The position numbers and the translations under genes were made by a program. DNA of 64,000 nt, from assembly GCA_040218735.1 (NCBI GenBank), contig JAVJQW010000023.1:416001-480000 (forward strand), read 5' to 3'. Positions 20,004 through 29,300 of this stretch are shown here, piece by piece. How positions within the stretch are numbered: position 1 is the stretch's first letter; each line of letters starts with the position of its first letter. The notes under the pieces are model-generated. The model did no database searches, was not told the DNA's origin, and saw only the letters and a program-made list of their open reading frames with translations. The stretch is from Deltaproteobacteria bacterium (GTDB taxonomy: Bacteria > Myxococcota > Kuafuiibacteriia > Kuafuiibacteriales > Kuafuiibacteriaceae).

Positions 20004-21173
20004 CTAACACCCTTCGTCCCCCACTTTCACGTCGACCGCAGCCAAGATCTGCGCGCCGATCGCCTCCATCCGCCAACGGTTCATCCCCGGGACCGCGGCC
20101 AAGGTCCCTTCGTCCTCGGGCGCGCGTTTCGCGATCGCCTCGAGCACGGCGCTCGACACCAAGAAGCCCGGGTCCATGCCGAGCGCCGCGGCCCACTCGA
20201 CGCGCCCCTTCCGGAGGGCGTCGAGGGCGGCCTTCGAGCGCGGAGTGTGCGGAATTCCTGGCTTTCCGCGCTTCCGCGGCCCGCGCGCATCCGGCACGGG
20301 GCCTTCGAGGCCTTCGGCGATGGCTTCGAGCACACGGGCACGGTCGATCCAATTCGGCACTGTCTTCGTGGCCTTGAGCCGCTTCTCCGACAACATCCCC
20401 TGTCGGTCGATCTGCGTCGCGAGGCGCACCATGGCTTCGGAGCGGAGGATGCGGAACGGAGGTTTGTCGGCCTCCTGTGCCTCGCCCTCCCGCCATCGAT
20501 ACAGCGCAGCGAGGGCCTGTCGGCCGCGTTTTTGTAACGATTTTGAGCCTTTGATCTTCCGCCACCCGTCGGGGTCGAAGACCTTCTCCGCCGGCGCCTT
20601 CTCGAGGAGCGCCGCGCACTCCTCCTCGAGCCAGTGACGTCGGCCGAGCGCGTCGAGGTGGCCGAGGAGGCGATCGGCGAGCGGGAGGAGGTGCATCGTG
20701 TCCTGCCGCGCGTAGCGGAGCTGTTTGTCGGTGAGCGGACGTCGGCCCCAGTCCGACCTCTGCTCCCCCTTGTCGATCACGATGGAGAGCTCCTCTTCGA
20801 GGAGTGCCTTCAGGCCCGTATTGGTTCGACCGAGGAACTGCGCGGCGAGCCCGGTGTCGATGAGCCGCACGAGCGGGAGGTCGAACGACTGCTTGAGCGC
20901 ACGGACGTCGTAGTCCGCGCCGTGCAGGAGCATGAGTTTGTTCGGGTCGGTGAGGAGCGCGCGGAGGCGATCGGGCATCCCGTGCTCGAGCGGGTCGAAG
21001 AAGAAGTCACGCTCTTCCGTGGAGATCTGCAGCAGGCAGATCTTTTCGTAGTAGCGGTGAAACGGATCCGACTCGGTGTCGAGGGCGATGCGCGGCGCCG
21101 CTTCGAGGATGGCGAGGTCGGCGTCGACGCCGGCCGCTTGGAAGTCCAAGAATCGCGCTTCGCCTCGCTCCAC
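20004..21173 (-). CDS. rnd: Ribonuclease D (DEDDy exonuclease + HRDC)
   Basis: IALDTESD, CLLQIST, LHGADYD, DTGLAAQFLG, QRSDWGRRPLTDKQLRYARQD; start uncertain (GTG 21173). Confidence 0.9.
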   Translation of the reverse strand: MERGEARFLDFQAAGVDADLAILEAAPRIALDTESDPFHRYYEKICLLQISTEERDFFFDPLEHGMPDRLRALLTDPNKLMLLHGADYDVRALKQSFDLPLVRLIDTGLAAQFLGRTNTGLKALLEEELSIVIDKGEQRSDWGRRPLTDKQLRYARQDTMHLLPLADRLLGHLDALGRRHWLEEECAALLEKAPAEKVFDPDGWRKIKGSKSLQKRGRQALAALYRWREGEAQEADKPPFRILRSEAMVRLATQIDRQGMLSEKRLKATKTVPNWIDRARVLEAIAEGLEGPVPDARGPRKRGKPGIPHTPRSKAALDALRKGRVEWAAALGMDPGFLVSSAVLEAIAKRAPEDEGTLAAVPGMNRWRMEAIGAQILAAVDVKVGDEGC

Positions 21174-21264
21174 CTTTCGCCGCCGCGACGTGTCATCCCG
21201 TCGGCCGGCGCGCGGGTCAAGGGGCACACTGCATCTTGGAGCCGGATGTGCGTATACCTGGGGG

Positions 21265-22725
21265 GTGCGTCGGCTTGCGATGGTGATGGTGACGCTCGCG
21301 GCCCTGATGGGTTGCAGCGGCGATGAAGAAACGCCCGACACGCGCGTGTGCCGTCCGGGTGTGCAGCGCGACTGCTTCTGCAACGGCGCGCCCGGGGTGG
21401 TGACCTGCAAGAACGACGGCAGCGGATTCCACGCCTGTCACTGCCCCGAGTGCGTCGACACGTGTGACGGCCGCGAGTGCGGAATGGACCCCAACAACTG
21501 CGGCATGTCCTGCGGGACCTGCTCGGGGGGCGAGACCTGCGACGACGGGACCTGCGTCGCGATGACGATGCGCGACGCGGGCGTCCGCGACGCGGGTGAA
21601 GCGGCGCGCGACGGCGGGTCACCGGACGCGGGCGCGCGCGACGGCGGACCGCGCGACGGCGGACCGCGCGACGGCGGCTTCGTGTGTGGGGACGGCACGG
21701 TCGACCCGGGCGAGGACTGCGACGACGGCAACAACACCGACGACGGCAACGGCTGCTCCGCCACCTGCACCCGCGTCGGCGCCTGCGGCGACGGCGCGGT
21801 GCAGAGCCTCTTCGAGATCTGCGACGGCGATCCTTGCTGCGACGCGGGCTGCGCCATGGCGGCGCCGCCTTCGACGATCTGTCGCGCGGCGGCCTTCGAC
21901 TGCGACGTCGACGAGGTCTGCGACGGCGCGGCTTTTACGTGCCCGGCGGATGCGCTCGCGATGGACGGTGTGGTGTGTAACGACTGCACGGCGGGGGCGG
22001 GTCGGTGCGACGCGTGCCTCGACGGCGCCTGCGCGGACCGCCCGTTCTTCTGCGCGGACCTGCTGACGGAGACCCCGACGGCCACCGACGGCGTCTACGC
22101 GATCAACCCGGCCGTCACCCCTACCACCGGCACGACGCTGGAGTCGGTGTACTGCGACATGACGGGCGGCGGCTGGATGATGGTGCACAAGAAGTCGCGC
22201 ACCGCGCCGGGCGACGCTTCGGATCTCTGGGTGTCGGGCTCGACCAACGCCGGCAACCTCGCGCTCCTCGACCAGGCGATGAGCACGGAGAACTACGTGA
22301 GCAGCGTCGTGGGTTCGAGGTGGTCCGAGTTCTCTCAGGTCCGACTCGAAGTCCGCACCGGAACGGTCGTAGCGAAGTTCATCGAGTTCGACGCGGTAGG
22401 TTCGGACTACCTGAGTTGGTTCGCGCCCGACCGCCACACCTCATCGAGTTGGCTCGACCTCCCGACCGACCCGAACTGGCAGAACAACAACGGCCGCTTC
22501 TTCACGATCGTCCAGGGCTCGCGCGACTGGTACATCAACCTGCAGTGGGGCGGCTGCCCGTCCGACCGCGGCTGGCTCATGCTCACCCGCGGCAACTTCT
22601 GCTACTGGGAAGCCAACTCGGGCGACCCGGTGGAGATCATCTACTCGGTCGGCACGAGCCACGGCAGCGCGCCGTCTGCGACGCAGACGGCGTACGGGGA
22701 TAGTTTGATCGTGTGGGTGCGGTAG
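21265..22725 (+). CDS. Cys-rich lipoprotein: Myxococcus Cys-rich repeat (DUF4215-like), disintegrin-like module, fibrinogen-related C-terminal domain
   Basis: Lipobox LMGC; CGDGTVDPGEDCDDGN; CRAAAFDCDVDEVCDG..CPAD; DGVYAINP..VYCDMTGGGWMMV. Confidence 0.8.
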   Translation: MRRLAMVMVTLAALMGCSGDEETPDTRVCRPGVQRDCFCNGAPGVVTCKNDGSGFHACHCPECVDTCDGRECGMDPNNCGMSCGTCSGGETCDDGTCVAMTMRDAGVRDAGEAARDGGSPDAGARDGGPRDGGPRDGGFVCGDGTVDPGEDCDDGNNTDDGNGCSATCTRVGACGDGAVQSLFEICDGDPCCDAGCAMAAPPSTICRAAAFDCDVDEVCDGAAFTCPADALAMDGVVCNDCTAGAGRCDACLDGACADRPFFCADLLTETPTATDGVYAINPAVTPTTGTTLESVYCDMTGGGWMMVHKKSRTAPGDASDLWVSGSTNAGNLALLDQAMSTENYVSSVVGSRWSEFSQVRLEVRTGTVVAKFIEFDAVGSDYLSWFAPDRHTSSSWLDLPTDPNWQNNNGRFFTIVQGSRDWYINLQWGGCPSDRGWLMLTRGNFCYWEANSGDPVEIIYSVGTSHGSAPSATQTAYGDSLIVWVR

Positions 22726-22744
22726 CGGACCGCGGCCGAAGGAT

Positions 22745-23392
22745 TCAAGCCCCCTCTAGATCACTCATCCGCTCATCAGCAGGGCGAAGACCGCTAGGGA
22801 AGAGCGCACGCGGAATGCGCCGCGCGCCAAAACAGATGCAGCGGGCAACCGCGAGCTCGACGCGATCCGGGCCGCCCTCAGACCACTTCGCTCGACGCGC
22901 GCGATAGGCCCGTTCTTCAACCTCACCCCAGGCCATACACAGCGGACACGAAGGCCCATCGATCGAGTCACCCACCTCGGGTCGCGACGTGACTCCGAGG
23001 GCCCTACACGAGCGACACGGTCGGTCGCTTCGATACCCCAGTCCGGTGCAGACCTCACACGTGAACTGCGGATCCAAACCCGGGAGCAGCCCTAACAGGA
23101 GATCCGACGTTGTCGAAGCGAGGCGCAACCCATCGGCGCATGTCCCCGGATCGATGGGCGATCGAACGAGATCGTCGTGAGAGAAGGAAGAGATCACCCC
23201 ATCGATGTCGAGAAGCAGCACCCCTCCCATATCTGCGATGAGCAGCAGCGACTTCTCCCGCATCTCGGCCGGGATGGATTTGGTTCGTGCGGTCGGTGTC
23301 GGCTCACGCCAACTTCGCCTCACCAGCGAGGCGAAGTCCGAGCGAAACGCATCCGAATAATCGAGCCGAGCAGTCCACATTGCGCACCTCAA
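22745..23392 (-). CDS. Putative immunity protein of the Rhs toxin, with Cys-rich (zinc-binding) C-terminal half
   Basis: Start overlaps the Rhs stop by 4 nt; CEVCTGLG, CRSCRALG, CPLC motifs; less GC-biased codons than flanking genes. Confidence 0.55.
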   Translation of the reverse strand: MRCAMWTARLDYSDAFRSDFASLVRRSWREPTPTARTKSIPAEMREKSLLLIADMGGVLLLDIDGVISSFSHDDLVRSPIDPGTCADGLRLASTTSDLLLGLLPGLDPQFTCEVCTGLGYRSDRPCRSCRALGVTSRPEVGDSIDGPSCPLCMAWGEVEERAYRARRAKWSEGGPDRVELAVARCICFGARRIPRALFPSGLRPADERMSDLEGA

Positions 23393-26300
23393 TCAGGGAG
23401 GATGTGAAGGATAATTTCATCCTGCTTTCGGATCAAGATCTCCCCCGTGTCTCCAATAAACGTCTTCGTGTATCCAAGCATGTCATAGAGCACTCCATTG
23501 CTCAGTTGCTGAACGTTGTCGCCATAGTCGAGCCTCCAGTTGTTGTCGAGCTCTCGCAGCGCGTCGAGCACGACATCCGTCGCCTCCTCTCCAGTTCGCG
23601 GCGCCGTATTGACGTAGGTATCTTCGATGATCGTCAGGAGATCGTGCAGCTCCGAACCTTGCTCGACCAGGCCGGACCGAACCGCATCATCGGCGCCAAC
23701 GGGACAATCCATGTTGTGGGCCCGCAACCGCAAGTCTCCGACCAGAAACTCGTGATCGCCCTCGACCTCGATATTGAAGACACGATGCGACCCGGGCTCG
23801 TGCTGAATCGACTCGATTCGAGCCACACCATCCGACGTCTGAAGCCTCTCGCCAACGAAGAGCCGCGCGACCCGCACCCAATCGCCGCGATCCAACGAGA
23901 ACAAACGATGTCGCCCCGTAGGGTACAAGCGCGACATCCCAGCACCGAAGCTCAACCTATAGAGATCGTCGTTGTAGTGCGTAATCGTCGCCAGCACGAC
24001 TCGACCGCTCCCCCCAACTGGCGGCGGGGCCGGAGAAATGTCGACGATAGTCGCCCACCCCGAAACGCCCGCGTCGTCGGCCTCGATCCGCACCAACTCA
24101 CCCACGCCCTCGACGCCTCTGTCGAGCAACCACGCCTGTGGGCGAAGCAGCGTAATCTCGTAGACGTCCCTCGGGTCGAGCCGATCGCGAAGAATCAAAT
24201 CAATGACACGCCACGTCTCATCAACTCGACTCTCTCTCCCCCCCTGGAACGTCGAAACCCTGTCGCCCACTCGAAGGTCTTCAATTCTCCGCGACCCGCT
24301 GGGGGTAGCAACGAGGGTCCCAGCCAAGAAACAAACCGCCGGCGTGCCACATCCTCGGCACCCGCCAGGAGGTGACCCGGCGCGCGCGCTGGCATCCGCG
24401 GTGTCGGCGCCGGCCTCTGCCGCTCGGCCGGTGCCCTTGTACGCCTTGACCTCGAACTCGACCGCATCACCCGCGACGTCAACGGCGAGATCGAAACCAA
24501 ACGAACGAAAAGCGAGCTTGATCAACCCACTACTCACGACGGGGATTGCGATGGACGCGAGCGTGATCCAGCGGTTCGCGTCGTTCCCAAAGATCGTCTT
24601 CCCTCGGTAGAGCTCGACGAGATCGAACACGATGTCATAGCCACCGAGCACCCCGGCCGCCAGCGGGATCACGGCGTCGAAGTGCTCGTCCAACAGACCT
24701 CGCTGGTAGAGGTGGTAGTACATCAGCGCGAGGAAAATCGTGCCCGGCTCGAATCCCGTGGGATCCTCATACTTCGCGGGGTTGTTGAGCACGTAGGCGT
24801 AGCGGTTCAGGCTCTGGCTGTTGAAGGACCCCGTGACGTAGGGGTCCGGGCTCAGGAACCGGCCGAGGTGCGGTGCGTAGATTCGGCCGTTCATGTCCAC
24901 GAGGCCGAGCTCCGTGTCCGAGTCGTGGTTGGTGTAGCCGCGGAAGCCGGGGTGGATCCTCACGCGCTCCGCGCCGTCGGGATCGAGGGAGACCGGGACC
25001 TCGGCGCCGAACGGATCGTAGCGGTGCTCCTCGATGAGCTCTCCCGCTTCCGTGACGACGAGGGCCGGTGACTGGCTGACGCCGCGGATGAAGTAGCGGA
25101 GCGTTCGTTTGTTCGCGAGCGCCCGGAGGTCGACGTTGCCGATGGCGTTGGCGAGCTCGTCACTCGCGTCGACGAGGCCTTGCGAAGGCGACTGGCCGAG
25201 CGCCGAGGCCTGCGCCTCTCCGGTGTCGCCGACGGTAGGCTCGTCTTCGTAGTGGATCACGTGGGCGACCGCGCGACCGTCGACGGTGATGAAGTAGTGA
25301 CTCGTCGCGTGCTCGGCCGCGATCCCGGTGAGCCCATCGCCTTGGAAGCTCGTCGTCGTTCGGTGCTCGTACTCACCGACGGAGACGACCCGCTCCGTGC
25401 TGTACCCTCCGGGAGAAGAGGCGGGAATCCCGCCCACGAGCGTCGACCGCTCCTTGAGCACACGGAGCCCGTCGGCGTCATACGCGTAGCTCGTGTCCCA
25501 CTTCGAGGACATGATGCGGCGAGGGCGCGCCCAAGGGGTCCACGTGATGTCGTAGTCGGGGCTCGAGATCAGCCGGCCACCCGCGTCGTAGACGTAGTTC
25601 TCGGGGTTCGGAATGCCGATTCCGGTCAGCGCATCCGGGATATGCCGCCACGGCGGAGCGGAGCTGTCGCCCGGGAACGTCGGTGCGCTCCCCTGGGTCA
25701 CCAACGCCCCGTATCCGTAGACGCCGACGCCCGACTTCTGAAGGATGTTGCCCCGCGCGTCGTAGCCGATCTCGACGCAGCTCGCGTACCCACCGCCCGC
25801 GCAGAAGACATGCGGCATCGTGCCGATGGGTTCACCGTCGTCGTCGATCGGAACCGCCAGGCTCGCGGTCGCACGCATGTCCTCGGCGACCAGCGGCGAC
25901 CAAGGATCCGCCGGCGGATCGGAGAGCGTCAGCGGTAAGTAGGAAGGCCCACACGTCGTGGGTCCGCTGCTGTCCATCGTCGTCATTCGCGACTGGGCCT
26001 GCAGGCGAGTCGCGGTCGTCCAGTTCGTCAGCGTCGTGCCGGGCGGGGCGGGCGAGGTCGGGAGGACCGGCGCCATCCCGGGCTGGCTCGCCCAAAGCGT
26101 CAGGCGATCGAGGTCATCGTACCCGTACACTTCCTGCCAGCCCTGGAGCGCGTCGGTGCGGCCGATGAGGTTTCGCTGCTGGTCGTAGTCGAACGTGCGC
26201 GACAACAACATCCCGCCGCCCGGCTCGGTCGCGCTGCGCCCCTGGAGCCCTCCCCAGAACCCATAGTCCGAGACGACCTCGAGCCCTTGCTCCCCCAAAC

Positions 26301-29300
26301 GCTCGGACGTCGTACGGCCGTCGAGATCGGTCGCTTCCCTCCGCCAGAAAGTGCGCTTCGGCGTCGTGTCGTCCAGTGCGTCGTGAATCGACTCGATCTG
26401 TCCGTTCGCTGCGTACGCGAGCTCGATCGCGAAGGGCGTCCCATCCAACGCATCCGGAAAGACGTGGGCGGCGAGCAAGCCGTCGCTTCGATAGATGTAC
26501 CGGTGCGGATACGCCGTGCCGTCGACCTCCAGCGTCTCCGTCTGAACGCGCTGGATCGGGTCATACGTGAAGGTCCGCGTGTGACCGTCGGCGCCCCGCG
26601 CCGAGTGGAGGAGCCCCTTCCCGTTCGTCGCGGGATCGTCATACGTCCAGGTCGAAGCGGCCGACAGGACACTATCGCTTCGAGACGTCACCCGCCCCAG
26701 GGCGTCGTACGTGAACGTCACGACGTTCCCCGTCGCGTCCGTGACCGTCTCGATCTCGCCGAACGCCGTATAGGTGTAACGTTCGATACCCGTCGAAGGG
26801 TCATCGATCGCGATCCGCCGCCCCAGATCGTCGAAGGCGATCCGCGTGACCGTCCCCAGTGAGTCCTCCACGCGCGTCAGGTCGCCGGTCGGGCCGTAGG
26901 CGTAGTGGGTGACGTTGCCGAGCGCGTCTCGCATCCGGGCGACCCGCCCCATGCGATCGATGAACTGGTGCGTGGCCTTGCCGCGCGGGTTGACCTCGAT
27001 GACCCGGGTCCCCATGACCGCACCGTTTTCGATCCAGAGGCTGTGATTCGTCGTGCCTTGCGCGTCGTCCGCCGTGGAGGCCGTGTTCTCGTCCGGCGCC
27101 CGCCGGGCGATGGGCCGCCCGAGCAAGTCATAGGCGAAGGACCAACCGTTGAGATCCGCGTACGCCGGCGCCTGTCCATCGGGGTAGGTGACCGACTCGA
27201 GGAGAACGCGCCCGCGGTTGTCGTACGCTTTGACGCGTTCGACCCACGCGCAATCGAAGGACTCCTTCTGCACGAGGACCTCACGACCCAGCCGATCCAC
27301 GAGTGATCGACGCGCGGGCTTTCCGACCTCCGTGCTCGAAGTGAAGTAAGGGTGGGCACCGTCGATCTGCCCGCCCACGACGTTCCATTCGTAGCCCTGC
27401 GTCGCTCGGTTCTGCGAAGGGTCCTCGACCTCACGGAGCCGCCCGAGACGATCGAAGGTGCGTCTGGCAATCTGACCGGAGAGCCCCTGCTCCCAACAAA
27501 CCTCGCCGAAGGCCGGGTGATAACCTTGGCGACGCTCGTGATTCATGGGGTCCGTGAGGACCGTCGGGTACATGTGCTCGGGGTCCGAGTGCACCGCCAA
27601 GGAAGCTCGCGATGAGGGCGAGCTACTCCCGGGGTTACTCACGACCGACGACGTCAGGTTGCCGTACGCGTCGTAGCCGAGGTCGGTCCGAAGGCGGAGC
27701 GGATCCACCGTCGCGGGAACGAGGTTGGTCGCCGCATCCACGACGAGGCCGCCCATCCCGACCTCGCTCCAGAGCGGGTCGCCCGTGGTGTAGTCGTACC
27801 CCCGAAGCTCGTAATTGACTCGACTCCCGGTCGTCCCTGCCCAGCGATTCTCCTGAGCCACGTGCAAGCCGATCAGCCACACGTTGTGGGCGGGCACCGG
27901 GGAGCTCGACGGCACACGCTTGTGGAAATGCCTCGACGTGAGCTCGAGCGTGTTGCCGTCCGGGTACATGGTACGGACGAGCCGCGGAAAGCCCAGGTCG
28001 TCGAAGTCCGTGTACTCCGTACCCGTCTCCAGGATGAGCTCGGCGACGAAGGGCTCCGTGATCTTTCTCTGAACCGACTCCGTCGCCATGACCGGTCGGT
28101 GGATTCTTCCGAAGCCGGGGACGGTCGGGATCGACGCGTGGGTTCGTACCGTGACGTTGTCGTGCCGGGTCACCTGACCGAGCGTGTCCTGGACGGTGAC
28201 CGTCGTGGATTCCATGCGAACGCGATCCGAATAGGGAAAGCGGTCGTGCGACACATCGTAGCCCGTGTAATCGTAGATCGTCTCGCGCTCGATGGGCGTA
28301 ATTCCGTCGCTGACCTCGACCACCTCGAAACCCATGAACCCTCGGCCCGTCACGCCAAACCGGCCGTTTCGATAGCGGTACTTGATCACCCCCATCGGAT
28401 AGTCGCTCTGGTCATCGCGACGCCCGACGTCCCGCCGCATCTTGCGAACGACGTACATGTTCCCGCCGCGCAGACAGTGCACCGGAAACGTAGCCATCGG
28501 CGAGCAGTTGACCTCGTAGACGTCGTTGTCGACGTGCCCGGTGATCGACTGCGAGAGCGCCAGGTACTCGAAGGCATAGGTCAGGCTGTCCGACGGTTGC
28601 TCGACGATCGTGGACAACAGATGAGGGCGCGTCGTTTGGAAGAACGCATCCCAAGTGTCCGACCCCGTGTTGATCTGCACCGGGTCCGGCGTGCCGTCGC
28701 CCGTGAAGTCTCCCACGACGAAGACCTCTTCGTGGTAGCCGGTCAGGCCGGGAGGGGTCACAGGGGCGGTGAACTGATTGCTGAGCCAGATATCGCTCTT
28801 GGAGAAGTAGGTCGTCGGCCCGGACGTCGTAAACGTCAGGAGGTCCGAACGACCATCATTGTTGAGGTCGACGGCTCGTGTCGGATCCACCAATCCTCCC
28901 GGCCGTGGATGCACGAGGGCGTCGCTCAAGCCCGTCTCTTGCCAACTCGTCGCGATGAAGCCGTAGGCCCCGGTGGAGAACCTCATCTCGACGTTCCCGT
29001 TCTTCTCGTAGATGGCGTCCATCAGGCCGTCGCCGTTGAAGTCCCCGACCTTGGGGTGACGCCGGGTGTCCGGTCCGTCCGTCACGACGATCGCACCGGC
29101 AGCATCGAACTCGTATTGCGTCGGACGGTTCGCGAAGTCATAGGCCAAGGTGGTCCCGCTGCCGTTGGTGTGCATCAGCTCGACGGCGCCGTCGCCGTCG
29201 AGGTCCATCAACAGGACGTCCGACGGCACACCGTTTTCGAGGCAGGGGACGTCCGTGGCGATCGCTCCGCCGCCCTGGAAGATGATCTGGTAGGTGCCCT

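Noticed and set aside
19843-20619. N-terminal extension of ORF 19108-20619; likewise the extended starts of 2655-4292, 20004-21410, 36125-37669, 55001-56071 and 55476-57131
   Set aside because: The extensions overlap neighbouring genes; internal starts give proper signal peptides or domain boundaries
23713-24333. HINT domain as a mobile intein with homing endonuclease
   Set aside because: No LAGLIDADG/HNH motifs, the +1 residue is Met, and the context is a pretoxin position
23287-24375. 362-aa plus-strand ORF opposite the toxin tip
   Set aside because: Antisense to the HINT/toxin coding region; no recognisable motif
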